From Myxococcota bacterium (GTDB taxonomy: Bacteria; Myxococcota; JACRCW01), in assembly GCA_040752415.1 (NCBI GenBank), contig JBFMGU010000162.1, positions 1-24,633 on the forward strand: 24,633 nt of DNA. Direction: 5' to 3'. The position numbers and the translations under genes were made by a program. Each line of letters begins with the position of its first letter. Within the stretch, counting starts at the first letter, position 1. Below are positions 17,365 through 24,633 of this stretch, piece by piece. The notes beneath the pieces are model-generated. The model worked only from the letters and a program-made list of their open reading frames with translations, did not search any database and had not been told where the DNA came from.

Positions 17365-17468
17365 GCTGCTGAGCGCGGACTGCGGTCTCGACGCATCACC
17401 CATCAGGAAACCAGTGGGGCGGTGGCCGTAGAACGCGGGAAGAACAGGGAGATTTCCGCGCGCACCGC

Positions 17469-17485
17469 TTGGCACCAACGCTGCA
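17469..17485 (+). promoter_or_regulatory. Putative sigma-54 (-24/-12) promoter
   Basis: TTGGCACCAACGCTGCA has GG-N10-GC spacing and is close to the TGGCACG-N4-TTGC consensus. It lies 35 bp upstream of ATG 17521. Confidence 0.6.
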
Positions 17486-17520
17486 CCGTGCTGGCGACAT
17501 CACCCCTGCGGAGGTCGCCC

Positions 17521-18309
17521 ATGCGCTCATTCCCCCGGCTCCAGACCCTCACCGTGCTCACGCTGCTCGCCGGGACGTCGGCTTGCGGTCCCTACATCCC
17601 CTGCAACGACAACACCGCCTGCGCCCAGGACGAGGTGTGCATCGAGAGCATCTGCGTGGGCGTGCACGCGTCGCGCGGAGCGGGTGAGGCGGAGGGCTCG
17701 GAGACGGAATCCTCGTCGAGCTCGTCGGCGAGCCCGGACGCGGGAAGCAACGACTCCATGGGCGGCAGCAGCAGCACGCCGGTGATGCTGGACCTCCACG
17801 GCAGCGGTCGCGTCGAGCTGACCAGCGTGGTGACAAGCACGGTGCGCTTCGATCTCGACGCGGATGGCGTGTTGGACCGTGTGGCGTGGACCCTGCCCCA
17901 GGGCGCGCGCACCGACGGGTTCCTGGCCTGGGACCGCAACGGCAACGGCCGCATTGACGACGGGAAGGAGCTCTTTGGCAACCAGCACGGCGCCGCCAAC
18001 GGCTTCAGCGAGCTCGCCCGCCTCGACGACAATCACGACGGGCGCATCGACGCGCAGGACCGCGTGTTCACCGCGCTGCAGGTGTGGCAGGACCGCAACG
18101 GGGACGGAAACAGCGAGAAGGACGAGCTGGACACCCTGTCCGCGCACGGCGTGCGTTCCGTCTCCCTGGATTACCTGGAGTCCAGCGCCAAGGACGTCCA
18201 CGGCAACGCGCTGAAGCAGCAGGGTACCTTCAGCCGCACCGACGGAACCACGGGCGTGGCGGTGGACGCGTGGCTGCGCATGACGTCGGGAAACGCACGC
18301 GTGTTGTGA
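17521..18309 (+). CDS. Lipoprotein with Ca-binding DxDxDG/EF-hand-like domain of the type seen in RTX-associated proteins
   Basis: GGAGG RBS, lipobox-like TSA-C, Cys-rich mini-domain and Ser-rich linker. Then PVMLDL.G, FDLDADG, FLAWDRNGNGRIDDGKELFG, LDDNHDGRIDAQD and WQDRNGDG. Confidence 0.85.
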   Translation: MRSFPRLQTLTVLTLLAGTSACGPYIPCNDNTACAQDEVCIESICVGVHASRGAGEAEGSETESSSSSSASPDAGSNDSMGGSSSTPVMLDLHGSGRVELTSVVTSTVRFDLDADGVLDRVAWTLPQGARTDGFLAWDRNGNGRIDDGKELFGNQHGAANGFSELARLDDNHDGRIDAQDRVFTALQVWQDRNGDGNSEKDELDTLSAHGVRSVSLDYLESSAKDVHGNALKQQGTFSRTDGTTGVAVDAWLRMTSGNARVL

Positions 18310-18382
18310 GCTGTTGTGCGCCCCAGGTTATGCTCGTGGAGTGACGAGGTGGGCAGCTTGACGTCACTGCGGGTCGGGAGGA

Positions 18383-19132
18383 ATGCTGGACCTTGTGATT
18401 TGCATCGTCCTACCCGCCTACAACGAAGAGAAGACGCTGCCTCCGTTGCTGGAATCCATCCGTGAGGTGATGGCGGAGGAGAAGCTGGACTACGAAGTCC
18501 TCGTCGTGGATGACGGGAGCTCGGACGGTACCGCGCAGGTGGTGCGGGACTTCTCACAGCGGATGCCGGTGGTCCTGAGACAGCACCCCGTCAATCGCGG
18601 GCTGCCGGAAGCCATCAAGACCGGGCTCTTCGAGGCGGCGGATCGCCTGGAGGACCGCGACATCATCATCACCATGGATGCGGACAACACCCACTCACCG
18701 GGGTTGATCCTGCGCATGATCCGGCTCATCCGGGAGGGCAGCCACGTCGTGATTGCCTCCCGCTACCGGACGGGCTCCCGCATCCGTGGTCTGTCCAGGT
18801 CGCGGGAGGTGCTGAGCCTCGGCGCCAACGTTCTCTTCCGCGTGTTCCTCCCCATTGAAGGCGTGCGCGACTACTCCTGCGGCTACCGCGCGTATTCCGT
18901 GGCGATCATCAAGCAGGCCATCTCCCGTTACGGCGCGGCGCTCACCAATGAGCCCGGCTTCTCCTGCATGGTCGACATCCTGCTGAAGATCCGGGAGCTG
19001 CAGCCCATTGTCACGGAAGTGCCGCTCATCCTCCGCTACGACCTCAAGGAGAGCGCCAGCAAGATGAACGTCTCTCGCAACGTCAAGGAGACGCTGTCCC
19101 TCCTGGTGCGTCGTACGCTGGGGGTGCCCTGA
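18383..19132 (+). CDS. GT2 glycosyltransferase, polyprenol-phosphate glycosyltransferase (DPM1/GtrB/ArnC-like)
   Basis: IVLPAYNEE, VVDDGSSDGT, TMDADNTH, VIASRY and RDYSCGYRAY. Start is 18383 or GTG 18395. Confidence 0.92.
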   Translation: MLDLVICIVLPAYNEEKTLPPLLESIREVMAEEKLDYEVLVVDDGSSDGTAQVVRDFSQRMPVVLRQHPVNRGLPEAIKTGLFEAADRLEDRDIIITMDADNTHSPGLILRMIRLIREGSHVVIASRYRTGSRIRGLSRSREVLSLGANVLFRVFLPIEGVRDYSCGYRAYSVAIIKQAISRYGAALTNEPGFSCMVDILLKIRELQPIVTEVPLILRYDLKESASKMNVSRNVKETLSLLVRRTLGVP

Positions 19133-19830
19133 TGGGCGCGGAGAACGTCTGGGACCAGGGGCGCTGGCGCCTGGTGCGTCGTCCTTCGTTCGACTTCATG
19201 ACCCGCTACATCGCCCAGCAGATGGTGGCGGCGGTATCGCCCGCGGGTCGGACGTTCCTGGAGCTGGGCTGCGGTACCGGGCGACTGAGCCGGCTGATGC
19301 TGGACCAGGGCGCTTCACACGTGACCATGGTGGACTCGTCCCGTCGGGCGCTCGCCCTGGCGCGCAAGCTCTTCGAGGACGTGAGTCCCAGCCGCTATGA
19401 CGTCGTGGAGTCGGACATCCTCGAGTACCGGCCGCCGCAACGCTTTGACGTGGTGTTCTCTTCCGGCGTGGTGGAGCACTTTGACGGCCCGCAGCGCCGC
19501 GGCGTGATGCAGCACCACCTGGACCTGTGCAGCGGTGACTGCCTCATCATCCATCCCACCGACACGCTCTACGCGCGGTGGTTCTCCCGCTTCCCGCTGG
19601 CGGTGGCGCTGTACGGCTTCCAGCGCCCATTCTCCGACGAGGAGATGACCGCTGCGCTGGGCGGTCACGCACGCCTGCTCGGCTGTTCCCATCAACGCTT
19701 TCACGTCTTCTACACCATCCCGGCGCTGCACAACCGGAGCATCCTGAACCGCGCGGCCGACATGCTCCCCGTCGGAAAAGAGCTGGGCGGGTTGACGCTG
19801 ACCCACGCGCGCGTATCGGCGCCAGGGTGA
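19132..19830 (+). CDS. Class I SAM-dependent methyltransferase
   Basis: LELGCGTG, VTMVDSS and FDVVFSSGVVEHF. TGATG overlap with the upstream stop. Confidence 0.9.
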   Translation: MGAENVWDQGRWRLVRRPSFDFMTRYIAQQMVAAVSPAGRTFLELGCGTGRLSRLMLDQGASHVTMVDSSRRALALARKLFEDVSPSRYDVVESDILEYRPPQRFDVVFSSGVVEHFDGPQRRGVMQHHLDLCSGDCLIIHPTDTLYARWFSRFPLAVALYGFQRPFSDEEMTAALGGHARLLGCSHQRFHVFYTIPALHNRSILNRAADMLPVGKELGGLTLTHARVSAPG

Positions 19831-19837
19831 GGGGCGC

Positions 19838-21280
19838 ATGGTGCCCTCGTCGCTGAGCAGCGGATCGACGCGCCTGGCCTGGGGCGCAACCGCCCTGGCC
19901 ATGCTGCTCTGCCTCTTCCCCATGCTGGTGTTCACACCCACGTGGGGGCTGATGGATGACGCCACCAATCTCCTGATGGTCGACGAGATCCGGCGCGTGG
20001 GGCTGTGGGAGTTCTCGCTGCGCTACCTGCGGGACGACCTCATCCGCGGCGTCATCCGCCCGCTCTACCCGGCGCAGGTGTACGCCATGTACGCGCCCAC
20101 CGAGCACAACGCGCGCGCGCTCTTCCTCCTCAATGGCCTCCTCGTGCTGGGGCTGTTGGTGCTGTGGCAGCAGCGCTTGCTCCGCGCGGTTTTGCCCTCG
20201 CACTTGCGTCTGCTCGCCCCGTCGCTGCTGATGGTGCTGGGCTTCTTCCACTTCCACGACTTCTTCTGGTACCCGTCGCTGCAGGAAAAGCAGGTGTGGG
20301 TGGCCGCCTGGCTCGGGGTGGCGTTCCTGGACTCTCCCCGTGCCGCGCGGCTTGCTTCTCCGCTGTGGATCCTCGTCGTCATTCTGCTGGTGGCGGTGGG
20401 CATCTCCACCAAGGGCCAATTCCTGGCCATCCTGCCCATCATGGTGCTGGTGCAGCTGGCGCGGGATTTGTCGACGGAGAAGCCCGGGCGCGCGCGGAGC
20501 TTCTGGCGCACCGCGGTGGTGTTCCTGGCGGGAATGGCGGGCTCGGGAGTGCTGTACGTGCTGGCGCTGGGGGGGACGTACACGCGTGGCTACCTGACCT
20601 CCCCGTGGGCCGAGCTTTCGCGACCCTTCCCGGCGTCACTGGTGCTCACCGCGCTGGTCACGCTGGGGGTGCTGGCCCTCCGTCTCCGACGAGGAACGCT
20701 GGGCCTCGTGGATGCCGTCCGCGCCGCTGGCGCGCCGTGCGCCATGCTGGTGTTCCTGTGGATCCTCGCGCCGCGGGGTATTGGCGGGTTCATTGCCGGA
20801 TTCCTGGCGCCCATGGTGGCGTGCTGCGTGCTCATCCTCACCGACGGTCACTCCCGGGCCTGGCAGGGAATCCTGGCCATGGCGCTGGTGCTGGCGCCCG
20901 GGATAAGTGGCTTCCGTGCCGTCCGCGCCTTTGCCCGCTCCGACGACATGCACCGCATCTACCACTCCCAGGAGCTCAAGGACCTGGCCCGCCAGGGGGT
21001 TCCGCTGCACGTTCCGTGTGAAGAAGGGGCAGGTGCCGTGCAGGTCTATGTGCGTCGACTGGCGGGCCTGGACCTCCAGGTCATCCGCGCGGACCCGGGC
21101 AAGCCGGTGCCAGCGCACGTCGTGGACGGCACCACCACGTACTGGATGGGCGACGCGCGCAACTGTCGCATCCTGGAGGCGCTGACGCCGGAGCAGCAGC
21201 AGCGGCTGGAGCAAGTCATCCGGCCCAACCTGGAGGGCGGCTTCGCGCTTTGGCGGCTGAAGCCCGCGGGGACGTCGTGA
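19838..21280 (+). CDS. Polytopic membrane protein, possible GT-C fold glycosyltransferase
   Basis: Roughly 10-11 hydrophobic segments. Acidic GLMDD motif after the first TM, followed by IRPL. Soluble C-terminal domain. Glycosylation-operon context. Confidence 0.65.
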   Translation: MVPSSLSSGSTRLAWGATALAMLLCLFPMLVFTPTWGLMDDATNLLMVDEIRRVGLWEFSLRYLRDDLIRGVIRPLYPAQVYAMYAPTEHNARALFLLNGLLVLGLLVLWQQRLLRAVLPSHLRLLAPSLLMVLGFFHFHDFFWYPSLQEKQVWVAAWLGVAFLDSPRAARLASPLWILVVILLVAVGISTKGQFLAILPIMVLVQLARDLSTEKPGRARSFWRTAVVFLAGMAGSGVLYVLALGGTYTRGYLTSPWAELSRPFPASLVLTALVTLGVLALRLRRGTLGLVDAVRAAGAPCAMLVFLWILAPRGIGGFIAGFLAPMVACCVLILTDGHSRAWQGILAMALVLAPGISGFRAVRAFARSDDMHRIYHSQELKDLARQGVPLHVPCEEGAGAVQVYVRRLAGLDLQVIRADPGKPVPAHVVDGTTTYWMGDARNCRILEALTPEQQQRLEQVIRPNLEGGFALWRLKPAGTS

Positions 21281-22395
21281 AGATCGGTTTTCTCGTCGGC
21301 ACCCGACCCGAGCTGATCAAGATGGCGCCCGTCATCCACGAGGCGGCGCGTCGCAACGTGCCCCACGTGCTCGTCCACACCGGTCAGCACTACTCCCAGG
21401 GATTGGACGCGGTCTTCTTCCGTGACCTGGAGCTGCCGCCCCCGACGGTGAACCTGCAGGTCGGCTCCCTCCCGCCCGGGCGGCAGCTCGGGGAGATCCT
21501 CGCGCGTGCCGCGGATGCGTTGCAGGCGCTGCGCCCGACGGTGGTGATGGTGCAGGGGGACACCATGAGTGTGCTGGGTGGCGCGCTGGCGGCCCATCTC
21601 AGCGGGGTTCCCGTGGCGCACCTGGAAGCCGGGCTCCGCTCCGACGACTGGGACATGCCGGAGGAGGCCAACCGCGTCCTCACCGGGAACCTGGCCTCGC
21701 TGCACTTCTGCCCCACCACGCTGCAGGCCGAGCGCCTCCGCCAGGAAGGTATCACCCACGGCGTGCACGTGGTGGGAAACACCGTCGTCGACGCGTGCCT
21801 GCGCTGGGGCCGCGCGACGACGGAGACCCCGGTGGTTCTCTCCCGCCTGGGGCTGACGGCGCGTGGGTATGCACTGCTGACGTTGCACCGCCCGTCGAAC
21901 GTCGACGATCCCGGCCGCTTGCGCGCGTGGATCCAGGTCATTGGCGCGGTGGCGCGCGCCGGCGCTTTCCGCGTGGTCTTCCCCGTCCATCCGCGTGCGC
22001 GCGCAGTGCTGCAGCACCATGGCCTTCACGACGGAATCTCCGCGCCGCCGTGGCTCACCCTGGAACCGCTGGGCTACCGGGACCTGCTGCAGCTTGCGGC
22101 CTGCGCCGACGTCATCCTCACGGACTCCGGTGGGCTGCAGGAGGAGGCGTGCGCGCTGCGCGTTCCCTGCATCACGTTGCGTCGTAGCACCGAGCGGCCG
22201 GAGACCTTGGAGGTGGGCGCCAACGTGCTGTGCCCGGAACCGGAGGCAGGTGCGCTGGGCGCCGCGGTGACCCGGATGCGCGCCCGCGAGAGGAGCTGGA
22301 TCAATCCGCTGGGAGACGGCACCACCGCGGCCCGCGTGCTGGACGTGCTGCTGCAGCCGGGAATGGTCCTGCGCCCCTCGCGCGCGCCGCGCTGA
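21277..22395 (+). CDS. wecB: UDP-N-acetylglucosamine 2-epimerase (non-hydrolysing)
   Basis: GTRPELIK, HTGQHY, QGDT, HLEAGLRS, PEEANR, TLHRPSN, TDSGGLQEEA and TERPE. GTGA overlap. Confidence 0.93.
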   Translation: MKIGFLVGTRPELIKMAPVIHEAARRNVPHVLVHTGQHYSQGLDAVFFRDLELPPPTVNLQVGSLPPGRQLGEILARAADALQALRPTVVMVQGDTMSVLGGALAAHLSGVPVAHLEAGLRSDDWDMPEEANRVLTGNLASLHFCPTTLQAERLRQEGITHGVHVVGNTVVDACLRWGRATTETPVVLSRLGLTARGYALLTLHRPSNVDDPGRLRAWIQVIGAVARAGAFRVVFPVHPRARAVLQHHGLHDGISAPPWLTLEPLGYRDLLQLAACADVILTDSGGLQEEACALRVPCITLRRSTERPETLEVGANVLCPEPEAGALGAAVTRMRARERSWINPLGDGTTAARVLDVLLQPGMVLRPSRAPR

Positions 22396-22401
22396 CGTTG
22401 T

Positions 22402-23271
22402 TCACGACTGAGCGGGCTCCGCCTCGTGATGCACCACCAGTGGAAAGCCGTTGGCGCGGGCGCGTTGCGTGATGCGCTCGCACATTTCATGGGCCTGGGC
22501 CGCCGACAGCCCGCCCACGTGACAACGCCCGGAGTGGTGCACCTCCCACATGATTCGCGTGGCCTCGGCCTCGTCCTGCCCCAGGTCCTCGCGCAGGGTG
22601 CTCACCACGAACTCCTGGGTGGTGGCGTCGTCGTTGTGCAGCACCAGGCGGTGAGGCGCATCCTTGGGCCCGTCGGTGCACCGCGGCGTTCCCTGCGGCC
22701 ACTGTTCCGCAATGAGCAGGGGCACCCAGTCACCCATCACCTCGTCCAGGGCCTGCTCCACCGCAGCGGTTTCCCCCGGACCGCCCCACGCTTCGCCGTC
22801 GGCAAGAGCGCGGAGCATCGTCTGGCAGCCCACCGGCTGACCGCGAGGAAGCCTGGCCAGCAGCGCGCGCATTCCGTTGGAGCTGAGTCCCGTCGCGGGC
22901 CAGTACGGCTTCCCGGCCCGTCGCAGCTCGCCCTGCAGGTCCGCCACCCGCCGTCCCGTCGTCATCAACGCCAGGTCCAGGCCGGGGATACGTTCCAGCA
23001 GCTCCGCAGCCAGGTCATGCAGGCACACGCCCCGGCCCGCCTCGTGCGCGGAACCGCTGGCACTGCGCCAGGCGTCCTGCGCGGGCCCGTCAAGCTCGGC
23101 GGTGCTGCGCGCGGAAGCCTGCTGGGCGTGTCGTTGCGCGGCCTCTTCCACGGGGTCGGGCGCGGGCGGCTTCATGAACAGCGGTGCCAGCAGCCAACGG
23201 ATGAGTCGCTGCCACCATGACTCGCGCTGCGGCGGACGGGGAATCCCCGCCGAGGTGGAGGGCGCCGACAT
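22402..23271 (-). CDS. ClpS-domain protein with long N-terminal extension
   Basis: The C-terminal ~85 aa (LVLHNDDATTQEFVV..L..A.RIMWEVHHSG...AR.NGFPL) match the ClpS core. Start uncertain. Confidence 0.8.
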   Translation of the reverse strand: MSAPSTSAGIPRPPQRESWWQRLIRWLLAPLFMKPPAPDPVEEAAQRHAQQASARSTAELDGPAQDAWRSASGSAHEAGRGVCLHDLAAELLERIPGLDLALMTTGRRVADLQGELRRAGKPYWPATGLSSNGMRALLARLPRGQPVGCQTMLRALADGEAWGGPGETAAVEQALDEVMGDWVPLLIAEQWPQGTPRCTDGPKDAPHRLVLHNDDATTQEFVVSTLREDLGQDEAEATRIMWEVHHSGRCHVGGLSAAQAHEMCERITQRARANGFPLVVHHEAEPAQS

Positions 23272-23325
23272 GTAAGAGAGCTTCGAGCCCGTTGGCGCTG
23301 CGTGCAACCCCGTCGTCCGGCGCCG

Positions 23326-23757
23326 TCACGCCAACGTGATCTGCCGCGCCACGCGCGAGAGCGGATGCCCCTTGGCCTGGATGGACAACGTGTGGAACCA
23401 CCCGAAAGGCGTCCGCAGCGACGTGTAACCTTGCGCCGCCAGCCGAGCCTGCACGTCCTTGAGCACGTCCACCGCCACCTGCGGCGCCGCCAGCTCCACG
23501 AACAGGTGCGCGAAGGAGTGCAGGATCACCGTGCGCGTCCCCAGGTTGGTGGCCAGCTTGATGATCTCGTCGGTGCAGCGCTGCGCAATGGCGCCGGGGT
23601 CCACCTCGTCATCCTTCTCGCACGCGGCGTAGACCAGCAGGCTCTCAGCGGCCTGGACCACGCGTGTCTCGTCGGTGACCTCGTCACGGATGGGGGAGCG
23701 GCCCTTCTCGGTGACCTCGGCGCGGAAGGAATCCAGGTGCCACATCAGGATGCGCAT
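23326..23757 (-). CDS. Stand-alone archaeal-type threonyl-tRNA synthetase editing domain (DTD-like fold)
   Basis: MRILMWH.D, EK.DE, FAHL..ELA.P.VA, PFGW and KGHPL match the archaeal ThrRS N-terminal editing domain. GAGGTG RBS before ATG 23757. Confidence 0.9.
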   Translation of the reverse strand: MRILMWHLDSFRAEVTEKGRSPIRDEVTDETRVVQAAESLLVYAACEKDDEVDPGAIAQRCTDEIIKLATNLGTRTVILHSFAHLFVELAAPQVAVDVLKDVQARLAAQGYTSLRTPFGWFHTLSIQAKGHPLSRVARQITLA

Positions 23758-23997
23758 GGCGCTCACCTCGTCCGGTGCGTGGGGTTGCTAGCACGTCCCT
23801 CCCGGAGGAGGCGCCCCGCGCAACGGCAAGATTGTCGTGGGGTTGGCGCCCCGCGGCCCGGAGATTCCGCCCCCGTCGCCGGACAGACGCCACGCCGTGC
23901 GTTAGCTCCGTGGGCCCTTGCGTGCGGGCGCTGGTCCTGAAAGGGTCCACTCCCTCATGCAGCCCGGCCGCCCCGGAGGCGGCGTACAGGTCAGCCC

Positions 23998-24447
23998 ATG
24001 GACTTCTTCCCCAACATGGACCTCTCCTTTGCCCAGGTGCAGTGCCTGGTTCGCGGCCTGCACACCCTCGCCGTCACCGACGGAGTGCACGAGCGCGAGG
24101 ACGCCCTCATCCGCGAGTTCTTCGAGGCCTGTCGTCCCGCCGGCGGCCCCTCCTACGAGGACACGGTGCGCCATCCATTCACCATCGAGGATGGCCTGGA
24201 GCACCTGCGCAGCGCGGAGCTGCGTCGGATGTTCATCAAGACGGCCTGGCTGCTGGCGTTTGCCGACGGGAAGATCACCACGCCGGAGCGCGAGCAGATT
24301 GCCACCTACGCCCAGGGCCTGGGCATCTCCGACGCCGACAACCAGGAGCTGCAGGCGCAGGTCAAGGAATTCCTCCTCGGCAAGCTCTCCCACATCCGCA
24401 ACACCTCGTCGCTGGCAGAGGTTGCCAAGCAGATGAAGATCGTCTGA
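23998..24447 (+). CDS. TerB-like (tellurite resistance / DjlA N-terminal-like) protein
   Basis: Two TerB-type acidic motifs: LAVTDGVHEREDALI and LAFADGKITTPEREQI...LGI. Confidence 0.8.
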   Translation: MDFFPNMDLSFAQVQCLVRGLHTLAVTDGVHEREDALIREFFEACRPAGGPSYEDTVRHPFTIEDGLEHLRSAELRRMFIKTAWLLAFADGKITTPEREQIATYAQGLGISDADNQELQAQVKEFLLGKLSHIRNTSSLAEVAKQMKIV

Positions 24448-24471
24448 ACCCACCTTCCGCAGAGCATCCCC

Positions 24472-24633
24472 ATGAGCGCAACGCTGTTGACACTGTTCCT
24501 GTTGGCCCAGACCTCCACCGAGCCCGCGCCCGCGCCGGAAGCGGCCGTGGAGCAGAAGGATGAGAAGGCGGGGGAAGCGGCGCCCGGCCCCGAGCAGCCC
24601 CAGACGCCCACCACCGAGGAGGCGACCCCGGCG
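24472..24633 (+). CDS. 5' part of an exported protein (runs off the window)
   Basis: ATG 24472 opens MSATLLTLFLLAQ followed by a Pro/Ala/Glu-rich linker. The frame is open to the window end. Confidence 0.65.
   Translation, partial: MSATLLTLFLLAQTSTEPAPAPEAAVEQKDEKAGEAAPGPEQPQTPTTEEATPA

Noticed and set aside
23810..23850. Possible hairpin between the editing-domain and TerB-like genes
   Set aside because: Imperfect GC-rich pairing with no T tract, plausible by chance at this GC content.

Overview
GC-rich bacterial window; the gene repertoire (cN-II nucleotidase, receiver-PilZ, NBD-only Hsp70, TerB-like) suggests a Myxococcota/deltaproteobacterial genome, which is inference only. It opens with a ~1 kb non-coding nested repeat (A> B< spacer B> B> B'> A<). 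Its 143-bp B units each carry a GTAG-footed hairpin typical of REP elements. About 23 genes follow: a putative outer-membrane barrel and a divergent lipoprotein, an isolated photolyase N-terminal domain, a HAD-IG 5'-nucleotidase, an SRPBCC protein, an exported hypothetical, a ferritin-like protein, pseudo-receiver-PilZ plus truncated Hsp70, a stand-alone 5'-3' exonuclease, a DUF1549/DUF1553 + DUF1501 pair, a UvrD/PcrA helicase with a coupled Cys-rich protein, a Ca-binding lipoprotein, a four-gene glycosylation cluster, a ClpS fusion, a stand-alone archaeal-type ThrRS editing domain, a TerB-like protein and a partial last gene. A structured intergenic segment ending in a terminator (~8890-9060) is a candidate sRNA. 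The best novelty leads are the REP-like mosaic, the candidate sRNA and the editing domain with altered specificity residues. No database searches were run; all calls come from motif recognition.
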